Of a DNA stretch of 64,000 bases, positions 16,050 through 27,818 are shown piece by piece (within the stretch, counting starts at the first letter, position 1; the number at the start of each line of letters is the position of its first letter). Source of the stretch: Eledone cirrhosa (lineage: Eukaryota); contig OZ024745.1 in NCBI GenBank assembly GCA_964016885.1, forward strand, positions 19,406,001-19,470,000, in the 5' to 3' direction. The notes below the pieces were generated by a model. It was not told the DNA's origin. It saw only the letters and a list, made by a program, of their open reading frames with translations, and ran no database searches. The translations under genes and the position numbers were made by a program.

Positions 16050-16502
16050 CGAAGTCGCTTGGCTGTATTGTGCTCTTGAGCAAAACCCTATATTTCCCGT
16101 TGTTCCTATACATTCAGTTGAGAGTGAATACGAACAGTAGCTGGGGAGTTAATCCTGCGATAGACCGGCGTCCTGTCCAGGGGAAGCCTTGTACTCTCAG
16201 TCCATTAACGCCAAGAAAACCGGGAATAAGCACCGGCCTGATGAGCCTTCGGCTTAGAATGGACTTTAACTTAACTAAACTAACATAGCTGCCATGGCCT
16301 AATGGTTAGGATATTGGACTTACGATCGTAATTTCGTCAGTTCGATTCCAGTACACTCAGCTGAGAGTGAGTACCAGCAGTTGCTGGAGAGTTAAACCTG
16401 CAATAGACTGGCGTCGTGTCCAGGGAGAGTTTTGTACTCACAGTTGTTTAACGCCAAGGAAACCTGGGATAAACACCGGTCTGATGAACGTTCGGCTTAG
16501 AC
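16050..16502 (+). mobile_element. Two tandem MetaSINE-like SINE copies
   Basis: Duplicated CCTGCRATAGACYGGCGTC..GTCCAGGG...AACGCCAAG..GGGA.TAA.CACCGG.CTGATGA..TTCGGCTTAG. Confidence 0.6.
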
Positions 16503-17169
16503 AAGCAACTGCAGTCGGTGGATTGGGAGAGCTGTTGGAACTTCCGATAAAATTGTGTGTGGTATTTGTTCCGGCTCTCTGTGTTTTAAGTTCAAATCTC
16601 GCGCGAGAAAAATTGAAAAAGCGAGGACAAGACAACGAATGAAAACAAGGCAAAACGAAAAACAATATTTGAAGGGGAACCTTAAAAAATTAATTTTCAA
16701 AAAATAAAAATACAAACGAAAGATACAGAACACCAGGGTCATCAGCCGTTGAGATGGACTTTGGTAGTTTCGACTCCTACCAACGTTGCTGCTGGTCCAC
16801 CCGGGGTCACAGCGTCTGACACAAGCCAAATGCTATCCAGTGAAATAAGAGACGAGAGACAAAACATTAATCTGTAGCAATTAAGCTACAAGTACACATA
16901 GAATTTTATGTGACGTCAGGGAAATATATATATATATATATAACGCTGACTTTTCTTCTTTCTTTCTGTCTTTTTTTTCTCTTTGGCCGGGAGGTTACTA
17001 GCACATTATAAGCTTTCACCCCCTCACCAGATAGCCTTAAGTAGACCGAATAGCCAGCACTTGAGGGCGACCGGCTAAAGTGGAAGATGCTAGATGGTCG
17101 GTCGTCCTCGGGGTCTATGATTTTCAGCCCCATGGATTTTATCTGTTACATTCATTTATTATATTTCGA

Positions 17170-17227
17170 ATACCTGATGATATCACGGGATTCATACGGA
17201 ACACGATCATTGAAATGATCATAGTAT
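17170..17227 (+). ncRNA. Minimal type I hammerhead ribozyme motif
   Basis: ATAC CTGATGA T...T GAAA TGATCA TA GTAT; palindromic loop III; stem II partly decayed. Confidence 0.7.
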
Positions 17228-17261
17228 AATAAACCTTTCAAGTCCAGCCTCCTGTTATTTT

Positions 17262-17301
<40 letters not shown>

Positions 17302-17305
<4 letters not shown>

Positions 17306-17422
17306 TTAATATAGATGAGATTCTACAGGACTAGAACTGTTTCATTCTTTAGAAATCATCAGCTCTGCAATGTATTGAGTACCTTACTTACTGTGGTTAA
17401 CTCCGATTCAACCCGGAATAAC

Positions 17423-17423
<1 letters not shown>
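17302..17423. mobile_element. Hammerhead element, second copy of the 2113-2293 family with a different inversion
   Basis: Minus-strand CTGATGA (17356-17362)...GAAAC..GTC joined to a plus-strand tail with GAGTACC (17377-17383). Confidence 0.75.
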
Positions 17424-17464
<41 letters not shown>

Positions 17465-17469
<5 letters not shown>

Positions 17470-17729
17470 CGAAACATAAGTCAATTGCATGAACTCATAA
17501 TCCCTTATTTACTGCTATATATATTTCGATGATAGCCATTGAATGGCTATGACCTCATCAGGCAGTTAGTCAGTTCTTAGATATGCCAGCTCTGTGTGTA
17601 TAGTGTTGATGGTATCAGAGCCTTTGGACTTATGTTTCGTCACTATTATAACTCCCGAACTTATATCTTCGTTGAGTGCACCCTAACCGCATACTGAAGT
17701 ACTGGATTTTACCAACACTTACTTTCTTG

Positions 17730-17732
<3 letters not shown>
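17465..17732. mobile_element. Hammerhead element, second copy of the 5572 family, with inversion and tail
   Basis: Hammerhead on minus 17511-17566; IR AGTGACGAAACATAAGTC / GACTTATGTTTCGTCACT; GAGTGCAC at 17674-17681. Confidence 0.8.
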
Positions 17733-17780
<48 letters not shown>

Positions 17781-17783
<3 letters not shown>

Positions 17784-18009
17784 GTATAATAAACAATACA
17801 ATATAATTACCTCATTACCAGAGGTTTCCCGAATAAGACGAATACAAAAAACATCCTCATTCGTTCACCGGACAAGGAATCGCCTTGTCCGATGAACGAA
17901 TCAATTAATTATATTGTATTGTTTATTATACATTAAATTTAGCTCTGGTACTTACATAGAGCACTCTTCACTCCTATGACTTTTTCGATTTTCAATGGAA
18001 ACTTCAATA

Positions 18010-18012
<3 letters not shown>
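17781..18012. mobile_element. Fold-back element with degenerate hammerhead
   Basis: Outer IR ~17781-17809/17906-17934 plus inner hairpin; minus-strand GAAACC TCT GGTA ATGAGG with core decayed to CCGGTGA; GAGCACTC at 17959. Confidence 0.65.
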
Positions 18013-18063
<51 letters not shown>

Positions 18064-18230
18064 GTCCTTGAGCAAGACACTTTATTTCACATTGCTCCTT
18101 CTGCCGAGGAGTTGCATTCTCGTGTAGCACCCATCCAACATCTGAGTGATTTTCTTAGTCAGTGTCCAGGTCTCAGACCCGTACAGTAGTACAGACTCCA
18201 CTATAGCAACGAAGAGACGGATCTTCAGGT

Positions 18231-18291
<61 letters not shown>

Positions 18292-18293
<2 letters not shown>

Positions 18294-18972
18294 TGTTAAA
18301 AATTAGAATTGGAGCTCTGAAATAGCAATATATATATGGATGTATATATAATGTATTTTGCAATACACTTTATGCTTAATTAAAAGCATTTTGAAGACCG
18401 TAAGCTATTGTTTTAAAGTAATGACAAATTCACTTACTTTGATCTCAGCAAACAGGGGAGATAAGCCGACAAGGCCTTGTTTCGCTTTGGTTGAAGCTTA
18501 TCAAGGCTAACTACCCCTCCTGTCTACCGAGATCACTGATGTTATATTCTTATAGAAATCTAGTAAATAATCAGGAGCTGATTATGCAGAGCGGTTGTTG
18601 GTCAGGCAGCAATTAAAAATTAGAATTGGAGCTTAAAAGCTTAAAAGAGATTAATTAAACTGTCGAACTACTTCAGTGATCTCGGTAGACAGGAGGGGTA
18701 GTTAGCCTTGATAAGCTTCAACCAAAGCGAAACAAGGCCTTGTAGGTTTATCTCCCCTGTTTGCTGAGATCAAAGTAAGTGAATTTGTCACTACTTTAAA
18801 ACAATAGCTTACGGTCTTCAAAATGCTTTTAATTAAGCATAAAGTGTATTGCAAAATACATTATATATACATCCATATATAGATGTATTTAATTATTATA
18901 TAATTAAATAGCTCTGTACAATACATAGAGCACTCTTCTTTCCTTTACCTTTTCTGCGGAAATACTTAACAC
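18292..18972. mobile_element. Large fold-back element with U3-A8 hammerheads in both arms
   Basis: ~208-bp arms 18331-18539/18673-18881; GAGCACTC at 18928-18935. Confidence 0.8.
18464..18508 (-). ncRNA. Hammerhead ribozyme, U3-A8 variant
   Basis: AGCC TTGATAA GCTT CAACCA AAGC GAAA CAAGGCCTTG TC GGCT; plus-strand twin at 18704-18748 with GTA. Confidence 0.8.
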
Positions 18973-19978
18973 ATATATATAGATATATATGTATGTGTGT
19001 GTGTGCGTGTGAGTGTGTGTGTATGAGTGTGTGTGTGTGTGGTTTATATGTTTATGTGTGTGTTGTGTGTGTTGTGTGTATGTGCGTGTGTGTGAATGTG
19101 TGTGTATGTGTGTGTATGGGTGTGTATGAGTGTGTGTGTGTGTGTGTGTGTGTTTTATATGTTTATGTGTGTTGTGTGTGTGTGTGTGTGTGTATGAGTG
19201 TGTGTGTATGAGTGTGTGTGTGTGTGTGTTGTTTATATGTTTATGTATGTGTTGTGTGTATGTATGTGTGTGTGTGTGTGTATTACTTTGTTCTCATGCA
19301 CTATATATCTTCTCCCATTCAAAAGCTTAAAAGAGATTAATTAAACTGTCGAACTACTTCAGTGAAAAGAGAACTATGAAATAAAATAGATATATTTGCA
19401 TGTTTTCTTAAGCTTTTCCTATGAAACATTTACTGGGCTGTTTGTAGGCTATAGAAGTTATTGAAAAGATCAAGTGTATTCGAGGAAAATTCTGTTGAAA
19501 CAACCTCTAGATAACTTTCAACTTATAGAACGTATGCTATGTTGTAAGGTGTGCCATCCTACGTTTAACATACTAGGTCACTCTCGTTGAAGCGGCTACT
19601 TTCGCTTTGTTGGTATGTATGTATGTATGTATGTATGTATGTATGTATGTATGTATGTATGTATGTATGTATGTATGTATGTATGTATGTATGTTATCTC
19701 TTTCTCTTAATTTCGAGTATATTTTTTGACCGGCCACCTTCCTGGTGGCAAGGTTGTAAAAGAAAAGAAATTGTCATCCCTTGAATCGCAAGAATGTTTT
19801 GCAAATTTTGAAGGTGCCAGCTATCGCAGCCATTTGTAGACTATGAATTAGGGAGCTGCGCTCTTTGTCTGCAAATCCAAGTTCAGTCATACTTTGGTCC
19901 AAGCGGGTTGGTATATAACCGGTAGCTCCAATAATGATGGGTATGAAGCTAAAGGTGTATCTTGGATACTAGGTTTGT

Positions 19979-20010
<32 letters not shown>

Positions 20011-20025
20011 TGTATGTATGGTGCT

Positions 20026-21256
20026 ACTGGTAACATGTATCCCAGTACAACCTGTCTCATGGTCGGGTCGTTGGCGACTAAACTGGCAACCCCACCAAGG
20101 TTTCTTGGTGAGGAGGGTGACTTTGGACATCCTGCAGGACTAAAAACAAAACCTGTCAAAGGGCAAAGGAGCTCCTAAGAGTTAATGGCCATCCAAAATC
20201 ACTGGGAGAGATGACCCCTTAGCCTTTGTCAGGGCAGAATTCTAGGAGAAGGAAAACTCTGATATAACACCTGCAACCCTGATGGTATCCAATGATGTTG
20301 ACTTGTTCTTCTTTTTGGTAAATATCATCTTAGTTAAGAGAGTGGGACTGGCTTTGTGCAGTGCCTTTGCTCACTATAAAAGCTTCACGGCACAGGCATT
20401 GCTTTGTATCTAGAGATCTCTCTGCACTTGTCGTCACATGGTACCAAAGGCAAAGCACTATGTGTCAATAATTGTCACAAGTGTAGTGTTTGTACCAGAG
20501 TTTTCAAGTCGCTGGCTGGACTAAAAAGTCACACTCGTTCAGCGCATCGGTAGGGGTTCTCCTACATGGATATAAAGTAGTGGCCGTACTCGAAAACGAG
20601 TTGGCAGCCACCATGTATGTATGTATGTATGTATGTATGTATGTATGTATGTATGTATGTATGTATGTATGGTAACATGTATCCCAGTACAACCTGTCTC
20701 ATGGTCGGGTCGTTGGCGACTAAACTGGCAAACCCACCAAGGTTTCTTGGTGAGGAGGGTGACTTTGGACATTCTGCAGGACTAAAAACAAAACCTGTCA
20801 AAGGGCAAAGGAGCTCTTAAGAGTCAATGGCCATCCAAAATCACCGGGAGAGATGACCCCTTAGCCTTTGTCAAGGCAGAATTCTAGGAGAAGGAAAGCT
20901 CTGATATAACACCTGCAACCCTGATGGTATCCAATGATGTTGACTTGTTCTTCTTTTTGGTAAATATCATCTTGGTTAAGAGAGTGGGACTGGCTTTGTG
21001 CAGTGCCTTTGCTCACTATAAAAGCTTCACGGCACAGGCATTGCTTTATATCTGGAGATCTCTCTGCCCTTGTCGTCACATGGTACCATGGGCCCAGCAC
21101 TATGTGTCAATAATTGTCACAGGTGTAGTGTTTGTATCAGAGTTTTTCAAGTCGCTGGCTGGACTAAAAAGTCACACTCGTTCAGCGCATCGGTAAGGGT
21201 TCTCCTACATGGATATAAAGTAGTGGCCGTACTCGAAAACGAGTTGGCAGCCACCA
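20026..21256 (+). mobile_element. Two tandem ~590-bp non-autonomous RTE-derived units with (ATGT)n tails
   Basis: 20026-20612 nearly identical to 20669-21256; AGGAGAAGGAAAACTCTGA motif; C2H2-like CSVCTRVFKSLAGLKSHTRSAH before the tail; decayed third copy 22020-22262. Confidence 0.65.
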
Positions 21257-21334
21257 TGTATGTACGTATGTATGTATATGTATGTATGTTCTTCTGGTTT
21301 TATAATTTCACAAAGTTTTACCAATAGAGAGTCG

Positions 21335-21526
21335 GATGTATGTATGTATGCATGTATGTATGTATGTGTGTATATGTATGTGTGTGTGTATGTGTATATG
21401 TATGTATGTAAGTATGTACGTACGTATGTATGTATGTATATGTACGTGTGTGTATGTGTGTATATGTATGTATGTGTGTGTATGTGTGTATATGTATGTA
21501 TGTGTATGTATGTGTGTATGTGTGTG

Positions 21527-21558
<32 letters not shown>

Positions 21559-21936
21559 TGTACGCATGTGTGTATATGTATGTATGTGTGCGTATGTATG
21601 TATATGTATGTATGTACGTATGTATGTATGTGTGTATATGTATGTATGTGTGTGTATATGTATGTATGTGTGTGTATGTGTGTATATGTGTGTATGTATG
21701 TGTGTGTATATGTATGTATGTACGCACGTGTGTATATGTATGTATGTGTGCGTATGTATGTATATGTATGTATGTATGTACGTATGTATGTTTGTGCGTA
21801 TATGTATGTATGTGTGTACATGTATGTATGTGTGTATGTCTATATGTATGTGTGTGTATGTGTGTATATGTATGTATATGTGTGTACATGTATGTGTATG
21901 TATGTGTATGTATGTGTATATGTGTGTATATGTATG

Positions 21937-21968
<32 letters not shown>

Positions 21969-22015
21969 TGTATGTATGTATGTATGTATGTATGTATGTG
22001 TCTGTATGTATGCAT
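21335..22015. repeat. Compound (TATG/TG)n microsatellite
   Basis: Direct reading; overlapping ORFs are low-complexity artefacts. Confidence 0.95.
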
Positions 22016-22324
22016 ATAGGAGAAGACAACTCAGGAAACTGGGATAACTCTGATATAAAACCTGCGGCTCAGTAGTTACCGATGATGTTGATCTTTTCTT
22101 ATTTTCGGGTTATAGCTACTCTCGCTCAGAGAGTGGGATTGGCTCAGTGCACAGTCTTTCCTCACTTTAAAAAATATCTTCACGCACAGGCATTGCACGA
22201 TAGAATTAATTAATAATGGTATATCGTGCAATGGCCATACTCGATAACGAGGTGGCAGCCATCATAAGCATGTGCATGTGTATATGTGATTCTGAGTCTG
22301 TGTGTATATATGTATGTGTTTGTG

Positions 22325-22366
<42 letters not shown>

Positions 22367-22685
22367 CTGTGTATCTGTGTATATGTGTGTGTGTTTATGT
22401 ATATATATGTGTGTGTGTTTGTGTATGTATATATATATGTATGTATGTGTGTGTGTTTGTGTATATGTGTGTGTTTGAGTATGTATATATATATATATGT
22501 GTGTGTGTGTATGTGTTTGTGTATATATATATATATATACATGTGTGTGTGTGTGTAAATGTGTGTACGTGTATATGTATGTGTGTATGTATGTGTAAAC
22601 GCATTAAACGCAAATATAAAAGTAAAGAAAACTAGCCCCAATTAATAACATCTTATCTATCAATCTATCTATAAATATATAAACA

Positions 22686-22716
22686 CAGTAGTAGTAGCAG
22701 TAGTAGTAGTAGTAGC

Positions 22717-22796
<80 letters not shown>

Positions 22797-22858
22797 CAGC
22801 AGCAGCAGCAGCAGAGCAGCAGTTGTAGTAGTAGTAGTAGTAGTAGTAGCAGCAGCAA

Positions 22859-22923
<65 letters not shown>

Positions 22924-22990
22924 ATAGTAGTAGTAGTAGTAGTAGTAGGAGTAGGAGTAGTAGCAGCAGCAGCAGCAACAGCAGTAATTG
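22686..22990. repeat. (TAG/CAG)n microsatellite
   Basis: Direct reading. Confidence 0.95.
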
Positions 22991-23779
22991 TTGTGTATGT
23001 ATGTATGATATTTGTTTACTGTCTCTTCCCCCCCCCTCTCTCTCTCTCTCTCTCTCTTTCATTCTGTATCTAAGGCGACGAATTAGTAGAGTTGTTGGCT
23101 AGAATGCCTTGCAGTACTTGTTACCACTTTCTGTGCATTGAGTTCAAATCCTGCTGAGGTAATTTACCTTTCATCCTGTTTATGAAGATTACTATCAGGT
23201 GAAGTAACGATACACATCCTTAGCGGAGTCTGACACATTAAATGGTTTCCACTCGGTACCATTTATACTTGTGTATTCCTATAGGGACTTCAAAGCAACA
23301 AGAAACTATCCGTCGATCCTATACTCCTACAGAACTTTCCACAGCAAGACCCGTGAAACGCAATCGAGGTCTACGAAACTAACATACACCTCTTGGTAAT
23401 ATTCCCTCAATTTCTCGAAGACCTGCCGCAGAGTGAATATCTGGTCGGCTGTACTCTACGACGGGGGCGAGAACCTCACTGTTCGTCACTTTTCAGATTT
23501 TACCGAAGAGGTTTAACAATGAGATTCTTCTCTAATTTAAGCAACCGCTCTTGTCTCTCTTTTTGAAAATTGGGTTTGTCACTCCCGATTGTCATTGCTT
23601 TGGTACCTTCCCAAATATCCAGGTGACACGGTACATACATGTCAGCCAGAGAATACCTTCTCTATTTAAGACTTTCGTCGTCTTGGGTTGAATTTCATCC
23701 ACCACACCTCTGTACTTGTATTGCTATGGTTACATCTGACTACGAGAGATTAAATATTGCTCCAATGTGGACCTCATGT

Positions 23780-24262
23780 ACATCAGGTGATGTTGGGACC
23801 GGATTTAGGGCAGAGATCAGGGCCGTGTTCACGGGTTATGAAAGGCAAGAAGCTGAATTAAATGCAAGAATTGCAGGAGCTGATGCAGTATAGAGCCACC
23901 TTCATCACTCGGTCGTCAGAAGAGAGATGTGAATGACAAACTCGCTATTTTTAATTCGGTGTTTGTGCCAACCATTACATACAGTCATGAATTGTGGGTA
24001 ATGACTGAAAGAATACAATCACAAATACAAGCGGCCGAAATGGGGTTCCTCTGAAGGGTCTTTGGGATAACGTTATTTGATCGGGAGTGTAGCTCGCAGA
24101 TCAAGAAGTCAATCGAGGTAGAGCCGCTACTTCTCCGATACTATGGACATGTCGATAGAATGTCTCGGGAAAGAATCGCTGGACAGATTTCACAGGTAAA
24201 GTGAACAGGCAGGAAACCCAGAGGTAGTCAACGAGCAAGATGGTTGGATTTCGCGCGCGCGA
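23780..24262 (+). mobile_element. Degenerate RTE (Expander-like) 3' fragment
   Basis: KLAIFNSVFVPTITYSHELWVMTERIQSQIQAAEMGFL...YGHVDRM...RARWLD with stops. Confidence 0.7.
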
Positions 24263-24279
24263 ATCTGTGAATACGTCTC

Positions 24280-24338
<59 letters not shown>

Positions 24339-24704
24339 CTCTCTCTCTCCTTCTCTCTATGTGTGTGTGTGTGTGTGTGTATCTATATACTACTAAAATT
24401 CTGTGATTGCTTGCTTGCTTGCTTGTTTGTCTGTAATGTAATACAACCAAAAGGGCGCATAATGGGAAAATACTTTGAAAGGAAGTTGCCCCTGAAATGA
24501 GAATACAAATGGAATAAAACAAGTTTCGCGTAAATCGGAGTGCGAGTTCCCGAGATACGGGGCTTTTTTCCGGGTACCTTCATAAACAGAGAAAGAGAGA
24601 GAAAGATAGAGAGAAAAAAAATGTGGTTGCGAGAGAGTAGATTGAAAGAGAGACATAGAGAGAAGGAGAGGAGACAGAGAAGGAGAATGGAAGAGAGAGA
24701 GAGA

Positions 24705-24770
<66 letters not shown>

Positions 24771-24800
24771 GGTGTTGTTGTATATATATATATATACACT

Positions 24801-24836
<36 letters not shown>

Positions 24837-26081
24837 TGTATATATATATATATGGGTGTGTATATGTGTGTGTGTCTATGACCAGTGTATATAGATCACA
24901 GACACCCACACATATATATATACACACACACATACATATATATATATGTATACAAACACACACATTTATATATATATACATACATACACGTCTATATATG
25001 GGCCTTCCAGTTTTTATTATATACATGTCTGTGGATTGGCAGTATCGGTAGAGGGTCGGACGCCATGCTTTCCAGCATAGTTACGTCCCTTTACGATCTG
25101 AGTTCAAATCCCGCCGAGGTTGACTTTGCTTTTCATCCTTACGGGGTCGATAAAATAAAGAACCGGTAATGCACTGGGTAATTGCTGGCCTTGTGCCTAA
25201 AGTAGAAACAATTATATACATGTCTGTGTATATTTTAATTATTTAAAAATTATTTTTAAGTGAACATGATATTTGAAAAAATATTTTGAAGTGATCGTAA
25301 CCCAATGGGTCACGGGTGGTCTAGTTCTAAATAAAGTTCAGAAAAACACGACACATACAATGCACATTGTGTGTGTCATGCTTCATTTTCTCACGATAAA
25401 AACCTTTACAGAGGTCTGATATTTTATTAACAATTGTACATCAAAGCATTCTGCACCTAGCACATGGTTTTGTCACTTCAGTTGAAATGTATTCAGTTTC
25501 GACAACGATCTATGACAAAGGTTATGAACACATTTCGATGTTGCAACCAGCGACGGGGTGAAGGAATCGAAAGAAGAAAGGAATCACAAATAATTGTTTC
25601 TACTTTTTGGCATAAGGCCAGCAATAACCCAGTACATTACTGGTACTTTATTTTATCGACCCCGTAAGGATGAAAGGCAAAGTTAACAATCACAAATAAT
25701 GGTTGTTGTTTAACCTAGAGTCAAATCTGATCAAAAGTGTTCTAACTAGGACCTTTTTAAGAGGATAACTCCGAGTATATTATACAATGTGTCATTCCCT
25801 CTTCAAACAATAGGCGGGTGTAATTTGAAGGAGATTTGGCTGCTATTTCGACCAGAGTGGGCGACCTCGTAGAATCTCCTAAGATAGAAAGCATAAGACT
25901 GATTTTTAGAGTATAAGTCTATAGTCCATTTATAATTACTGGTATACGTGAAAGAAATTGCAAGGGAGCGAAAAGTTGTTTTCATTAAGAAGCACATCCA
26001 ACCGTGGAGACCTTGCCAAAATATGGAATGTATGGGCAAAATGTGGTTCTCTGAGCCTATGTAGTCATGTATTGCGACCAA

Positions 26082-26478
26082 CTGGTGGTGGTGCTGCTGG
26101 TGTTGGTGATGGTGATGGTTGTTGTGGTGGTGGTGGTGGTGGTGCTGCTGGTGGTGATGGTGATGGTTGGGGTGGTAGTCGTGGTGGTGATGATGGTGCT
26201 GGTTTTGGTGGTAGTGGTCCTGCTGCTGCTGCTGCTGCTGCTGCTGGTGATGGTGAAGGTGGTAGTGTTGCTTGTGGTGGTGACGATGGTGCTGGTTGTG
26301 GTGGTAGTGGTGGTGGTGGTGGTGGTGGTGGTGGTGGTGGTGGTGGTGATAGTGATGGTTGTGGTGGTAGTCGTGGTGGTGGTGGTGGTGGTGGTGGTGG
26401 TGGTGGTGGTGGTGGTGATAGTGATGGTTGTGGTGGTAGTCGTGGTGGTGTCGCTTGTGGTGGTGACGATGGTGCTGA
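26082..26478. repeat. (GGT/GAT/GCT)n low-complexity tract
   Basis: Direct reading. Confidence 0.9.
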
Positions 26479-27609
26479 TCACAAATTTGTATAATCCATT
26501 GATTGAATTGAACCTCAAGTCGGAGGAGGAAGGGCTGCACCCATAGCTCTTTTCATTGATTTGAAAAAATATTGATTTCTGATTTAAGAACAAGGCCAGC
26601 AAATATTTCGAAGAAGCACAAAATCAATCCCAATTCTTGACTGGTACTTTATTTTATCGACCTCGGGGGGATGAAAGAGTTGACCCCAGCAGGAATAAAT
26701 GTCACAATGACATTTTATCTCAGTCTACCAATTCTGCCAATCTTAGAGAATATTAGACAGAAGTAAATCATTCTCATACTGAAAGCCTTTTTTCTTCTTT
26801 TTTTTTAACTGTTTAGTGAAGGATAGACAGACAATGTCCATAAGGCTTTGAGGGCCTCAAGACGGGTGCGAACGGGGCTGGAAGATATTCTGAAACCAAA
26901 GATCTGGTCCAAATGTTTGCGACAAAGTATATTTCTCCAAATGTACCCAAATGTCAAGTAGTGACATTAAACTGAGCAATCCATTAAATCTACTAACTAC
27001 CCAATCTTGTCCAAAGGTTTGCAACGGAGTGTATTCCTCTTGCTCTTGGGTTTCGAATAATCCTCCCCCATCCCCATCCCCGCTCTTATTCCACCCCACC
27101 CAGCTTATTAAATTTTGCTAATCTATCTCCGGCGAAATTTTATTTTAAGTGGTAACATTCCTGTGATAATTAATTTTTTGTATACGATGGGTTGAGGGTC
27201 TCAATATGAAAACTAAACGATTAATTCTGTTTTTTAACAAATCAACGCAGACAACCTAGAAAAATTACCGATCCCCCTCCACATCGCTTTTTCCAACACT
27301 CCCGCTTATTCCCCGCCCCCTTTATTTGGGACCCGAGAATACACTATATCTGAAATTTAAAAAAAATGTGATGATGTTGACTGAAATACTTTTTATCATA
27401 AGTCTGCATAAACAGAGTTGACTTCAAAGTAAAGAGCAAACCCAAAGGTCAAGTAGTGGTATTAAACTGAGCGGTCAAGTCCCAATCTGACCTAAATGTT
27501 TGCAAAGAGTGGACTTAAGAAGCCAAACAACCAATTGATACTGTTAATTTGAGTAACATTTGATAATGAAAGGCAAATTTAAATCCGGTTGAAAATGAAA
27601 TCAGAATGC

Positions 27610-27818
27610 ACGAGGATGGGCTGAAAAGTTTATAGACTGTTTACGAAGGAGTGATGCTAGAACTGTGAAATCTTGCATGCATTAATTTCAACTTTTCTTA
27701 TTAATAACTGCATTGTTTTGTTGTTTTTTCCGGGGACTATGTTGAAAAATAAACCTCATTTGGTCATTCCATGAGACTATCTTTGTCAGCCTATGAACTT
27801 TTCGGCAGACCCTTCGTA
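27610..27818. mobile_element. Tc1/mariner-type MITE
   Basis: Imperfect TIRs CGAGGATGGGCTGAAAAGTTTATAG / CTATGAACTTTTCGGCAGACCCTTCG-TA. Confidence 0.55.

Noticed and set aside
16237-16260. CTGATGAGCCTTCGGC as a hammerhead
   Set aside because: No GAAA or cleavage triplet follows; it is part of a SINE tail.
25803-26602. His-, Gly-, Thr- or Val-rich ORFs
   Set aside because: Trinucleotide low-complexity tract open in several frames, with no domain evidence.
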